64,000 bases of DNA. Source: Mustelus asterias. Taxonomy: Eukaryota. Within the stretch, counting starts at the first letter, position 1, and each line of letters opens with the position of its first letter. The notes under the pieces were generated by a model. It did not search any database. It was not told the DNA's origin and was given only the letters and a program-made list of their open reading frames with translations. Positions 1 through 11,323 of the stretch are shown here, piece after piece. Made by a program: the position numbers and the translations under genes. The stretch lies in contig NW_027590418.1 in assembly GCF_964213995.1 (NCBI RefSeq), positions 248,001 through 312,000 of the forward strand. Reading direction: 5' to 3'.

Positions 1-575
1 ACAATTACTCCAGTTCCCCTGGATTACTGCTCTGTAACATATCACTGTGTAATCTAACAATTAATCCAGTTCCCCTGGATTACTGCTCTGTAACATATCA
101 CTGTGTAATCTCACAATTAATCCAGTTCCCTGGATTACTGCTCTGTAACATATCACTGTGTAATCTAACAATTACTCCAGTTCCCCTGGATTACTGCTCT
201 GTAACATATCACTGTGTAATCTAACAATTAATCCAGTTCCCCTGGATTACTGCTCTGTAACATATCACTGTGTAATCTAACAATTAATCCAGTTCCCCTG
301 GATTACTGCTCTGTAACATATCACTGTGTAATCTAACAATTAATCCAGTTCCCCTGGATTACTGCTCTGTGACATATCACTGTGTAATCTAACAATTAAT
401 CCAGTTCCCCTGGATTTCTGCTCTGTGACATCTCACTGTGTAATCTAACAATTAATCCAGTTCCCCTGGATTACTGCCCTGTAACATATCACTGTGTAAT
501 CCAACAATTAATCCAGTTCCCCTGGATTACTGCTCTGTAACATATCACTGTGTAATCCAACAATTAACCCAGTTC
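1..575. repeat. 56-bp tandem repeat, about 10 copies (continues off the window edge)
   Basis: Unit ACAATTAATCCAGTTCCCCTGGATTACTGCTCTGTAACATATCACTGTGTAATCTA repeated with few substitutions. Confidence 0.97.
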
Positions 576-651
576 TCCTGGTTTATGTTTCCCTGTATCA
601 ATGTGTAATGGAACCCACTCCTGATACCGTGATCACACAAACACGGTGAGG

Positions 652-668
652 GCGCTCCCTCTGGTGGT
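652..668 (-). promoter_or_regulatory. CTCF-binding-motif-like site
   Basis: Minus strand CCACCAGAGGGAGCGC matches the CTCF core consensus. Confidence 0.55.
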
Positions 669-716
669 GATCTGAGGTAAATGGCCTCTGCTTGGGAGAT
701 CAGTGAATTCTCAGAC

Positions 717-810
717 TACTGGAGGATCTTGTTGCAGGAATACACTGCTGTATTTTTCTTAGGAATAAGAAAAATACAGCACCGTAATCCTGCAACAAGA
801 TCCTCCAGTA
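717..810. repeat. Near-perfect inverted repeat (45-bp arms, 4-nt loop)
   Basis: 717-761 equals the reverse complement of 766-810 with 3 mismatches; loop GGAA. Confidence 0.93.
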
Positions 811-819
811 ATTATAAAT

Positions 820-1185
820 TGCCCCTCTGGAACTTTTGTATCTCTCCCCTCTCACCTTAAACCTATGCCCTATGCTTTTAGACTTCCTTATCTTTGGGAA
901 AATATATTGACTATCCAGCTGATCTGTGCCCCTCATTATTTTATCGACCTCTATAACATCACCCCTCAGCCTCCTACGCTCCAGAGAAAAAAGTCCCAGT
1001 CTATCCAGCCTCTCCTTATAACTCAAACAATCAAGTCCCGGTCGCATCCTCGTAAATCTTTTCTGCAGCCCTTCTAATTTAATAATATCCTTTCTATAAT
1101 AGGGTGACCAGAACTGTACACAGAATTCCAAGTGTGACCTTACCAATGTCTTGTCCAACTTCAACAAGACGTCCCAACTCCAGTG
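820..1185 (-). mobile_element. CR1-type LINE ORF2 3' fragment
   Basis: Translates to KTLVRSHLEFCVQFWSPYYRKDI..LERRRLRGD..GHRFKV, the typical CR1 ORF2 C-terminus. Confidence 0.9.
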
Positions 1186-1369
1186 CTTATCTGAAATACG
1201 GCTGAAGGGGAAAATTATTAACCAATTTACAATGTTTTTGACAGAATACATAAGACACTACAAACAAAGAGTTAAATGATTCTTGAAACAAGGATAATAA
1301 GGGAATGAAACAAATACTTTACAAATATGTGGATGCAATAAGAGAATTAAATAAATAACTATGCTTATC

Positions 1370-1692
1370 TTAGAAATCTTAGAAACTCTACAGCACAGAA
1401 AGAGGCCATTCGGCCCATCGAGTCTGCACTGACCACAATCCCACCCAGGCCCTATCCCCACATCCTTACATATTTACCCACTAATCCCTCTAACCTACGC
1501 ATCCCAGGACACTAAGGGCAATTTTTCAGCATAGCCTATCAACCTAAGCCGCACATCTTTGGACTGTGGGAGGAAACCCATGCAGACACGAGGAGAATGT
1601 GCAAACTCCAGACAGTGACCCAAGCCGGGAATCGAACCCAAGTCCCTGGAGCTGTGAAGCAGCAGTGCTAACCACTGTGCTACCGTGCCGCC
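1370..1692 (-). mobile_element. HE1-like tRNA-derived V-SINE
   Basis: Reverse complement has tRNA head GGCGGCACGGTAGCACAGTGGTTAGCAC, a V-domain core and a CR1-derived tail GGGCCGAATGGCCTC. Confidence 0.9.
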
Positions 1693-1754
1693 TTATAAAA
1701 CATGTATGCTCATATTTTAAATGTAATTTATGCTTACTTTGTTCTAAGTTAAAG

Positions 1755-2051
1755 TTTATTTATTAGTTACATTTAGACTTACATTAACACTGCAATGAAG
1801 TAGCTGTGAGAGTCCCCCAGCCACCACACCCTGGCGCCTGTTCCGGTACACAGCGGATGAATCTGGCAAGGCCAGTGCACCGAACCAGCACGTATTTCGG
1901 AATGTGGGAGGAAACCAGAGCACGCGGAGGAAACCCACACAGACACGGGGAGAACGTGCAAACTCCGCACAGACAGGGACTCGAGCCTGGAACCGAACCC
2001 AGGTCCCTGACGCTGTGAGGTAGCAGTGCTAACCCACTGTGCCACCGTGCC
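1755..2051 (-). mobile_element. tRNA-derived V-SINE with alternative 3' tail
   Basis: tRNA head and V-domain core; tail ..CTTCATTGCAGTGTTAATGTAAG..AATAAATAAAC. The same tail recurs at 12440-12550, 22375-22485 and 42890-43180. Confidence 0.8.
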
Positions 2052-2408
2052 ACTTATGGTCAATATGGGAATGTGGGCATCTGCAATTTTAGTCCACCGT
2101 CAAAACAGGACATCAACATTGTAAAGAGTTACAAGCCTCAGAGGATGGTTAGACACAGGAATTGAATCAGTTGTCAGAGAGTGGTGTTTGTGACAGGGAC
2201 TGATTGATATGTTCTATGAATTCACTCATGTTTAATCCAGCAGTGGCTGGAGAACAAGTAGCAATGCCTTTGGAATAATTGAAATCTGGAGGTGGTGAAT
2301 AGGCAGATCAGGTGGTTTTCAGTCGGGTTTCAGTCACTGGTTGGATCGGGAATAGCTTTTTATTTGCAGTCCACTCGGTAACGTCTTTCTCCTTTTATTC
2401 TCTTCCAG

Positions 2409-2716
2409 CCAACTTGGTGGCGATCATCATCCTATCCCGTGGACGGTGCGGACTCTCCCAGTGCATCACTTACGACCTGGTGGCGATAGCGGTGACTGAT
2501 TTCCTTGTCATGGTTACCACTGTTATCCTCAACCGGATCGGTGGCGTTTATTTCAGGTACAGTGTCCTATCTACCGCCCCCGGATGAGCTGTCAGCACTG
2601 TGCTGGTGTCTGCAACTCGGGATGGTTCAGTCTGGCTGACAGTGGCTTTCACCTTCGACCGTTATGTGGTGATCTGCTGTCAGGAACTAAAGGCCAGATG
2701 CTGCACTGAGAAAACT
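2409..2716 (+). pseudogene. GPR139/GPR142-like GPCR pseudogene, truncated exon 2 (TM1 to just past TM3)
   Basis: Acceptor ttccag then NLVAIIILSRGRCGLSQCI..AVTDFLV..; in-frame TGA at 2585 where the paralog has Cys; continues SVWLTVAFTFDRYVVICCQELKARCCTEK then breaks. Paralog of the gene at 33164-34841. Confidence 0.9.
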
Positions 2717-3020
2717 TTCCATCCCTTTATCTTTATTTCTTAGCCTGAAGATTCCTGTGTTGCAGCGTTTGCTTCCCTCACGGGATCTCCATCCAAATCC
2801 TCAGTAATGTTCAATCCGTGTACAGTTCTATTTACAATCGCAACCCGAGGAAATCTACCCGTCAGAAGGAAAAGTTCAGCGTAAACAGGTCAAGCGCGTG
2901 GTAATAAGATTAAGGTTCTTGAGAAGTCGTCACAAACTGGTATAAAAATAAATAACATTTAACATGAGCGAGTTAATCCGATCAAATAAAACCACAGACA
3001 TCTGAGGCCTCTGGGTTTGT
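2717..3020. repeat. Diverged duplicate of 28815-29100
   Basis: Shared blocks GAAGATT.CTGTGTTGC, CCCTCACGGGATC, TTTACAATCGCAACC, CCGATCAAATAAAACC. Confidence 0.75.
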
Positions 3021-3525
3021 ACTTATAAACGTTAATAAGATTAAGTATACTCTTTCACTATTGTCGTTAATTTACTCTGACTAAAATGATTGAATTCTGA
3101 CAGACGCACCGATAGATATCGTAATTAATACTATCCTGATGGCAACGGAAACATGGTCTATTGCAATATGAAGACAGGCTCTGGTGTCATATAAAGAGCT
3201 GATCTCCGGTTGGAAGGAAAGAGAGTTAAACCGAGAAAGAGACAGAATGACTGAGAATGTGACAGAGAGCAAGAGGGTGAGAAAGACGCACTCAGCCTGG
3301 GCTACAATTTGATTGGAGAAAGCCAGCCGCACTTCGTCGTCAACTAACAGTAATTGGTCCAAAGCTAACATCATCTCAGGCAGACTAACCAATCGCAGCA
3401 CTGAGAAACGCCCCCCAGTTCCCCAATAATTGCAGTTGCCTCTGATCTGAGTTGACTCTGTGATATAAACTAGAAGCAGCAACATCGTTTAAACAGTGTG
3501 GCTGCTTACTGTCCAATCAGGAACC

Positions 3526-3961
3526 ATGTGTTCCCTGTGTGCTTTACTGATAATAATGGTCATGCTGCCCGGTGAGTCTGAGCTCAAATCCTCAGTGTGT
3601 GTTTCATGGGTTATATTCACTCAGATTTCTCACACATTCTATATGTTGTTACAGGAACCAATGGCCAAGATTCAGTTTCCCAGGACCGGCCCGAATTCAC
3701 GGTCCAGGAAGGGCAGACGGTAATATTGAACTGCAACTACACAACACAATACACTGGCGAGACTCTCTTCTGGTACATTCAACATCCCGGGGACGCTCCG
3801 AGATATTTACTGAAGAAATACGGCAAGGGACAGGGGGAAAAGTCTCCAGATTTCCCTGACCGGTTTTCGGCTGAATTGGACAAAGACAAGAGAACAGTTC
3901 CTTTAACAATCACCGGGGTCCATGTCTCTGACTCTGCCGTGTATCACTGTGCGCTGAGCCC
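3526..3961 (+). CDS. TRAV: V1: TCR alpha/delta-type V segment, family A (leader 3526-3571, V exon 3655-3961)
   Basis: Leader MCSLCALLIIMVMLP, GT-AG phase-1 intron, V exon DSVSQ..LNCNY..WYIQ..DSAVYHCALSP, followed by RSS. Confidence 0.93.
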
Positions 3962-4000
3962 CACACTGTTACAGAGACACAGTCAGCCCGTACAAAAACC
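3962..4000 (+). other. 23-RSS of V1
   Basis: CACACTG - 23 nt - ACAAAAACC. Confidence 0.95.
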
Positions 4001-4329
4001 GGCAAAGGCACTCTCACCTCCTCTCACTGAATCAGATCTGTGAGCTGGATTGTGGATTTGTAATTGAACCCAAATCATATAAAGACCAGCTTGGCTGGTC
4101 TTTAAGTCCCCTTGAAACACAAGGGGAATCAATTATATTTGCAAAAGTAAATCGAGAAACAATATTTCCAACATATTATTGATCACGCATTTATCATACA
4201 TAACTTTAAAATGAGGGCAAACCTCATTTTAAAATCATGCCTTTATTGGTGAAGTTAAACTTTAACCACTTTTATAAATGACAGTTACTGCAGTAAAGCA
4301 GTGTCCTGTTTTTTGGACAATTGATTTGT

Positions 4330-4425
4330 TCACACGTGACCCGGAAGAGAAGCAGCTTCGGATCAACAACCACATCCTGATACCGGAAGCACGGAGTCTG
4401 ATTCCAGCCAATCAGATTGCAGAAA
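4330..4425 (+). promoter_or_regulatory. V2 promoter: E-box, ETS and CCAAT motifs
   Basis: CACGTG, CCGGAAG twice and CCAATCAG 120-220 bp upstream of the ATG; partly conserved in the V11 promoter. Confidence 0.5.
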
Positions 4426-4546
4426 ACCCAAGTGTCTGAAACTTTATCTGGTGCAGATGTTGAAGACGTTGATTCAATCCATGCTCTTCTGCTGTGAGCT
4501 GTGCTCCGTATTCTTACTGACATTGTTATTATATCACACGGTGCAA

Positions 4547-4956
4547 ATGAAACTGTTCCTTATCATTCTGGTGGTGTTAACTTGTAAGCGCAGGATATTT
4601 ATTTGTGGAGCTATTTGTTTATAATAATTTTGCTCCAGTGTCTCACTGTATGAATGTTTTTTTATAGATCGGTGTCGCTCGGACCAAGTTTCACAAACTC
4701 CCACAGCGAGAACAGTCCAGAGCGGGGATTCGGTGCTGATAAACTGCAGTTATGAGATGTCCAGCATTTATGGAATGTATTGGTACAGACAAAAACCCGG
4801 TCAGAGACTGGAGTGGATAATAAGCAGATCATCGAATGGCAAAGAGAGAAAAGACCGGTTCGAATTGGAACTTTCCACTGCGGGCAAACGGGGCCAGTTG
4901 GTTATTGAAAACACGGAGAGCGCGGATGCCGCTCTGTATTACTGTGCGATACAGCC
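4547..4956 (+). CDS. TRAV: V2: TCR alpha/delta-type V segment, family B (leader 4547-4583, V exon 4668-4956)
   Basis: Leader MKLFLIILVVLT; V exon DQVSQTP..INCSY..WYRQKPGQRLEWII..DAALYYCAIQP. Confidence 0.93.
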
Positions 4957-4995
4957 CACACTGAGAGGAAAGACGCTCGTCACTGTACAAAAACC
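4957..4995 (+). other. 23-RSS of V2
   Basis: CACACTG - 23 nt - ACAAAAACC. Confidence 0.95.
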
Positions 4996-5269
4996 TCACG
5001 CCTGTTTTCAGTTGCTGCAGCAATCCTACAAATAGCAGACTGCAGGCAATAGCTGCCAGAACTAGAGCAGGAAATGGAGCAGGTGAGCGGGGTTACCCGG
5101 GGCTTTGCAATTCCTGACAGCGACTTTCCTTTTCTCAGACATATTGAGAGTCATGATGTAACTAATCCGATTGAAGGAACAGTCGCTCAGTGAGTGTGGG
5201 CTTTATGGTGAGGAAATCATCCGCATTCTTTAATTTAAACATGATACTACACTGTCTGGAATCAGACAT

Positions 5270-5680
5270 TTGGTCTCTGCACAAATACAGAAAGACCTGG
5301 ACAATATTCAGGTTTGGACTGATAAGTGGAAGCAACGTTCAGGTCACACAGGTTCCAGGCAATGACCGTCTCCAAAAGAAGAGGATCTGACGAACTTTCC
5401 TTGATATTCAATGGCATTACCATCGCGGAATCCTCCCCTCTGCTCCCCCCCTTCCTCTCCCCCACCCCCAACAACATCCTGGGAGTTGACCGAAAGCTGA
5501 ACTGGACCGAAGAATATGAATACAGTGGCTACCGGAGCAGATCAAAGGTTAGGAATCCTGTGGCGAGTAACTCGCCTCGTGACTCCCCAAAGCCTGTCCA
5601 CCATCTACAAGATACAAGTCAGGGGTGTGAATTGAATTCTCCAGACTTACCCACTTGTCTGCCTCCCTTGGCCCTGGTGT
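5270..5680 (+). mobile_element. Decayed LINE (CR1/L2-like) fragment
   Basis: Degenerate RT-tail-like sequence (GACCTGGACAATATTCAGG..CCAGGCAATGACC..CTGAACTGGACC); recognised by eye only. Confidence 0.5.
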
Positions 5681-6605
5681 GACCACCTGCTGATAGCTCC
5701 TGTCTGTCACCTCCTCATTTTCCCTAACCGGACGATGATCCCGGAGCTGCACTTCCAGTTCTCTAACACGGTCCCTTAGGAACCGCAGCTCGACACACCC
5801 ATCACAGGTTCACAGGTTGTGAAACTTTCAATGTGCGGATAATGAGCAAAGTGCAAATTTGTCGATAGGGCAGTTTCCAGTGCCCGGATTTTAGGAGATG
5901 TTTCAGGAAATTCAGCCGTTTAAATATCTCGTAAATATGAGCGTTTATTTTAGTCATTTGTGAGACTTAGGCGTCACGGGCTCTCGTTGGAGGGCAGTTG
6001 AGAGTCAACCACATTGCGGTGGCTCTGGAGTCACATGTCGGCCAGACAAGGTAAGGGCGGCAGATTTCCTTCCCTAAAGTACATCAGTGAACCAGATGGG
6101 TGTTTCCGACAATCTACAATGGTTTCATGGTTTCAGTAGATTCTAAATTGTTATTGAATTCAAGTTTCACCACCTGCCGTGCAGGAATTCGGACCGGGGT
6201 CCCCAGAATATTAACTGAGTTTCTGGGTTAATAATCTCACGATGATGCCACTAGGCCATCCCCTCTTTATTCATGATATTACCTGATTTTTAAACTGTCT
6301 ATCACACTTTCCAATCTCTTCCATTTCTATTTCAACAGTTTATTCATTTTCTGACCACTTCTCCTATGATAACTGAACTTTCCTATGTTCTGTTTTCCTC
6401 TCACTCAGTCGAGTTTACATGTTCCCTCGTTCCTCTTCTCCATCTGTTTTCAACTATCTTCATTTTAACGGGATTTCAATAACTAGATTGTATGTTTTAT
6501 TTTGTGTTGCGCTCATTTCCTTTCTTTACGGATTTTAAAAAATAATCCCATCACTCTCTCTGCCGCTCCTGCAGACACAGCAGAGTGGCTCTCACTGTCG
6601 ATGCA

Positions 6606-6644
6606 GGTTTTTGCATGGGCTCTCCCTGTGTTTGTCACACTGTG
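6606..6644 (-). other. 23-RSS of V3
   Basis: CACAGTG - 23 nt - GCAAAAACC on the minus strand. Confidence 0.95.
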
Positions 6645-6977
6645 GCTCACAGCACAGAGATAGGTGGCAGTGTCAGTAACTCCGGCGTCTCTCACAGTCA
6701 GGGCACTGAATTTGTAGCCTCCGCCGATTGAGGCTGTGATCCCCTCGTGTAGATCGGTTTCTCTTGTGGCCATCACCAGGTACTGGGGTGGCTGATTCGG
6801 GGACTGTCTGTACCAATGTAGGTTGCTAAATGTAGTGATCGTGGTGCAGTTCATGGATACGGTTCCCCCTTCACTAACAACCTTCCGCCGAGGAAGCTGC
6901 ATCACCTCATCTGCTCCAGTCACCCCAGTGCAGGTCAGAGTGAAACACAGCAAAGAGAGTCTGTAAATTCGGAGCAT
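6645..6977 (-). CDS. TRAV: V3: TCR alpha/delta-type V segment, family C, with an apparently intronless leader
   Basis: Continuous ORF MLRIYRLSLLCFTLTCTGVTG-ADEVMQ..MNCT..WYRQ..DTATYLCAVS, then RSS. Confidence 0.88.
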
Positions 6978-7673
6978 TTTTCAGATCATATGAAATTTCT
7001 GCTGAAGTAATTGTCCAGGGAGTTCAGATTAGAACCAGGACCTGGGTTTAATATTCGGATGAATTTACAAGGAGTCAAACACCTGCTTCGTGTCCAACTG
7101 GGGCGTCTCTCTGTCGAACTGATGAAAGAAGCTGAGACTCGGGTTTTATCCGCCCACATTCACTGGCATCGATTCTACTGGAATCGGAGATGAAGAATTG
7201 AAGCCGGAATAAATAAACCCCATCAGTGACCCCATGTTTCCGGTTACAAATCTCTTCCCACGTGTCTAACTGGGGAACCATTCGCCCTATCAGAACACTG
7301 AGTGAACCCAGCTCGGGGTGAATCCATTCACTGGCAGACAGTTCACCAGCTGCCAACCCCACAGCACCCCCGCGGACACAGGGAAATGCAGTGAGAGCAT
7401 CCCGAGACACGGCAGCAAAATATACAGGGTGAAGTTTGGAAAGGGTGTCTTCAAATATCCAACTCCCCTTTTACAGAGCAGACAACAACGATGCTGCTAC
7501 TCAGCATCTGGATTGTGCGGGGAACCTTCCTGACAGGTACTTATGGACCAAACGCATTTCATATTTACTTTAATTTTACAAACTTGTTTTTGAACTGAAT
7601 CTTACGGATTCAGTCGGTCTGCTCTGTTTCCGTTCGAACATGTTTTTCCGATCTGGGTCATGGAGATTCTGTT

Positions 7674-7781
7674 ACCGAAAGCTTATGGTATTTGCTACCA
7701 AATAAACCTGTTGGACTTTAACCTGGTGTTGTGAGACTTCTTACTGTGCTTACCCCAGTCCAACGCCGGCATCTCCACATC
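7674..7781 (+). mobile_element. Penelope-like element terminal fragment
   Basis: CGAAAGCT..CCAAATAAACCTGTTGGACTTTAACCTGGTGTTGTGAGACTTC; same family as 12888-13200. Confidence 0.65.
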
Positions 7782-10260
7782 ACTGCTTCAGTTATACAGG
7801 GCGTTGCTGAGACTGCATCTTGAACACTGGGTGCAGCTTTGTCTCCTATTTAAGAAATGATACAAATGCATTGAAAGTGGTTCAGAGGAGGTTTAATAGA
7901 TTGCTTCCCAATTTTTTCCGATTTTCCTTGCCTTCACCTCTGACAAAGAGTAATCCTGACTCAAAATGTTGCCTCCATTCTCTCTCTACAGATGCTGTCA
8001 GACTTGCTGAGATTGTCCAGCATTTTCTGTTTTTGTTTCAGATTCCAACAACAGCAGAATTTTGCCTTTATACCAATTCTTGTTGGATAAGGGAATCAAA
8101 AATATCGGGTGTAGAACGGGAATGTGGAAATCTACACAAATAGATCAGCCATGATGTAAATAAATGGGGGAGCAGACTCAAAGGGCCAAATGGCCGACTT
8201 CTGCTCCGATGTCGAATGTTGGTCACAAATTCCTGAGAATTGTGAACCAAGGCTGGAAGATTCGCCTTGCTTGTGTTAGTGGGAAAATGTCCAGGAGAAC
8301 CATCACTGTGAAGGACAGTTCTGGGATTAAAGGTTGCCAGACTGGAAAAGGAAAACAATGGAAATAAACCCTTGGGGAGGAAAGAATCACTTTGGGCTGG
8401 TTTTTGGAGAAGGAGTGTCAACATTCCAAGGCAAAATAAAATGTATCCATTGAGTGGATATTTAATGGTGTTAAGAGTAAAAGGGCAAAGTTTAATTTTA
8501 CAGTTTCAGGGCTATGTTCCCTATAAGAAAGTGTTTAATCATTGTTGCCTCCAGTTTGTTGGAATAAACATCAGAAAACTTGAAGTTTTGTCATGTGATT
8601 CTTTAATTTGTTTACTGGGTTCAGAATTCATTTTTAAAAATTGTTGATCGTCAGAGATGCTAACAGTTCATTTAAAGCCACACGTTTCGACTTCCCATTT
8701 GAGCCTGTGGCACCTTTCTGTCTCTCTATTGCTCGTGTTAATGACAGCCAGGCGACGGAGCTGAGGGCTGAATTTAGCTGAGAATAATGGGGCCTGCGCC
8801 CCAGTTGGGAAACTGCCATGGGCGACGCACTAATAGAGAGACAGGAAGGTGCTGGAGGACTGACTGGGAAATGGGCCTCCAACCAATTATATCGGTCACT
8901 CAGAACTAAAGAGAAACCTGTCTCTTTAAATACAGATACAGGGAAGAGGCTGCAATGAAATCTGTCCCTTTTAACCTGCACAAAAGCAGGAGGCTGAGAT
9001 TGCCAGGCTGCAGGAGGAGTCCATTCAGCCCATCATGTTCTGCTATCTCTTTGAAAGGACTCTCTGATTCATCCAACTGCTCTGTTCTTTCCCCACAGCC
9101 CTGCAAATTCTTTCCTTTCAAGTCTTTACCCTTTGGAACGATTCTATTGAATCTGCTTTCAGGCAGATCAGAACAACTCACTGCGTCAAAAAATAAAATA
9201 AAATCTCATCTCCCCCTCTGGCTCCTTTGTCAATTACCTTAGAGGGACTCACTTTCTGTTAAAGAGCCTGCCAACCCCTCTCACCCACTTTCCCGAAAGT
9301 GCATCAATCTCATCAGGAAAAGTCCAGAAAAATCAAATATTTTTACTGATAAAAGTTTATTAATGAAACAGAACATGATTAAAACAAACAGAAAAAGACT
9401 TGAGGATCAAAGACAACCAGAGTAAAAGGATGTTCACAATGTTCTGGACACAAATGGTTTCTCTCTATCTGTTCCCTGACCTCTTTGTGGTAAAGGCAGA
9501 ATTCTCTGGACAGTAAATTTAAAAAGAAGTTTGTCGAATGAAAAAGGTTTACTGAACACAGTGGCACAGTGGTTACTGCTGCCTGACAGTGCCATTTTGC
9601 AATGTTTTATTGGAGAGTTTTTTTTTGTGAATAAAGTATATTTTTGAAAGAAAAAAAAACGTGTCGCAGTGGTGTTTTTAGCCCTATAGCTGGAGACCTG
9701 GCTTTCAGTGAGCAGAAATATCCCAAGCTGAGATATAATCAGTTTGCTCATTCGGAAAATCACTACATTGTTGGGGGCCAGGGGTGGGAATGAAGTCGCT
9801 GGTCTGATTATTGAAACAGAGAAACACTGGGTTGCGAATTGTGTCAGAAAACATTTGACAGACATTCAAAATGAGAATGAACATTGATGGTAACTTGTTC
9901 TCAGGGATTGTTTTAAATAGCACAATGACAACCTTGCGAAATGTATATGCCAATATAAGCTGTCCCTTAGGCAGCAAAATACTCTAATCAAATAGACCCT
10001 TTGATCAAAGAGACCTTGAAAAGGAGAGTGAAGATGGGGAAAGTGCTGCACAATAATTCACACAGGCAAGAAAATGTTATCAAAGGTTGAAGCGTGAGTT
10101 AAGGAACTGTGAATGTATTTTTAGTATTGTTGCAAGTTAAAAATTCAACTGTGGCTCAGCTACTCGTGTTGAGTGTTGTGTTTTGTTTTGATATTTTGTT
10201 TATGACCCTGTGACTATCACTGTCGAGACAAAATAATTATTTCTGTTTATCAGTGTGGGA

Positions 10261-10274
10261 GCGCCCTCTGCTGA
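10261..10274 (-). promoter_or_regulatory. RSS-proximal CTCF-like site (psiV4)
   Basis: TCAGCAGAGGGCGC on the minus strand, 25 bp past the nonamer. Confidence 0.65.
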
Positions 10275-10299
10275 TCACTAACCGGAACTCCCAGTCTGG

Positions 10300-10337
10300 G
10301 GTTTTTGTGCGGGGTTCGCTACATCTGTCCCAGTGTG
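10300..10337 (-). other. RSS of psiV4 (22-nt spacer)
   Basis: CACACTG - 22 nt - ACAAAAACC. Confidence 0.9.
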
Positions 10338-10558
10338 GGCTTCATGGCACAGAAATACACGGCGTTGTCGGACAGAACACCTCTGGCGATATTTAAAGGA
10401 ACAGTATTGTTTCCTTTGTGTAAAGCAGCCGAGAATCTATCTGAGAAATCCGGAGACTTATCGGTATTGCCCGAGCTATATATCATCATCAAATATCTCG
10501 GAGCTTGCCCGGGATACTGGATGTACCAGAACATAGTTTCAGAAGTAGCTGTTGAGTA
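10338..10558 (-). pseudogene. psiV4: 5'-truncated copy of V10 (no leader, FR1 or first Cys)
   Basis: YSTATSETMFWYIQ..DNAVYFCAMKP nearly identical to V10; homology ends at a deletion junction at 10557-10558. Confidence 0.92.
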
Positions 10559-10781
10559 CCGGATGCTCTGCCGCATGCGCACTCTCCTCCCCCGCACTAT
10601 CAATGCTGAAGCTCCCTCACTGATTCACTTTGTGATCACAAGTCCCAGAGACCCGGCTCTCACCGCCACTCTGTGACTGGTTTGGGGCTCGGTTTGATAT
10701 CCAATAGCATTGCTTTCCCAGGAGCTTCTCTCAGCCTGGGATCTGCTGACAGCTGTTTCACACAAGCCGATAGGATCCAAC

Positions 10782-11284
10782 ATGTTCCTGAGTTTCACTT
10801 TGGTGATTATTTTCCTGGATTTCTTACTGTTCCCTCAGTGTAAGTGTGGTCACTATTTCTGACAGCAATATTTCACACCTCAGCAATGTTATGTTCTGTT
10901 AAATTGTACTCAGCTTTATTGTATTATCTCGAATTGTGAATACAATGGTACTTTATTGTGCTACATTATAGTACGATATGTTCTTACTGCAAATGTACAT
11001 ATTCTTCCCAGATGCCGCTGGCAGTGAAGAGCTATCACAGTCTCCGGAGTCAGTGGTTGTTACCGAGGGAGCCACTGCATCGTTGAACTGTTCAACCACA
11101 GTAACTGGACAGCTCCTTCAATGGTACAGACAAAATCCAGACAGAACCGTGCAGCACCTGGTGAGCGGTACCAGCGATCAGGGCAGGATCACGGCTCAGT
11201 ACAGTTTCTCAGAGAAACGCAGCGTTCTGAATGTTAGTGAAGCTCGGCTGACAGACACCGCCACCTATTTCTGTGCGATGGAGG
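10782..11284 (+). CDS. TRAV: V5: TCR alpha/delta-type V segment, family D (leader 10782-10839, V exon 11012-11284)
   Basis: Leader MFLSFTLVIIFLDFLLFPQ; V exon EELSQSP..LNCS..WYRQ..DTATYFCAME. Confidence 0.92.
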
Positions 11285-11323
11285 CACAGTCTAGCAAAGA
11301 CCGTACAGGGCCGTACAAAAACC
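11285..11323 (+). other. 23-RSS of V5
   Basis: CACAGTC - 23 nt - ACAAAAACC. Confidence 0.93.

Larger units (their letters stand above)
9754..10558. repeat. Segmental duplicate X (direct copy at 26047-26850)
   Basis: Near-identical sequence including the V 3' half, RSS and CTCF-like site. Confidence 0.95.

Noticed and set aside
1-575. CRISPR-like look of palindromic repeats (also 20321-20500)
   Set aside because: Vertebrate DNA and no unique spacers; these are plain tandem repeats.
5187-5230. GTGTGGGCTTTATGG resembling the AMKP-heptamer end of a V
   Set aside because: Match is too short; no nonamer and no upstream V homology.
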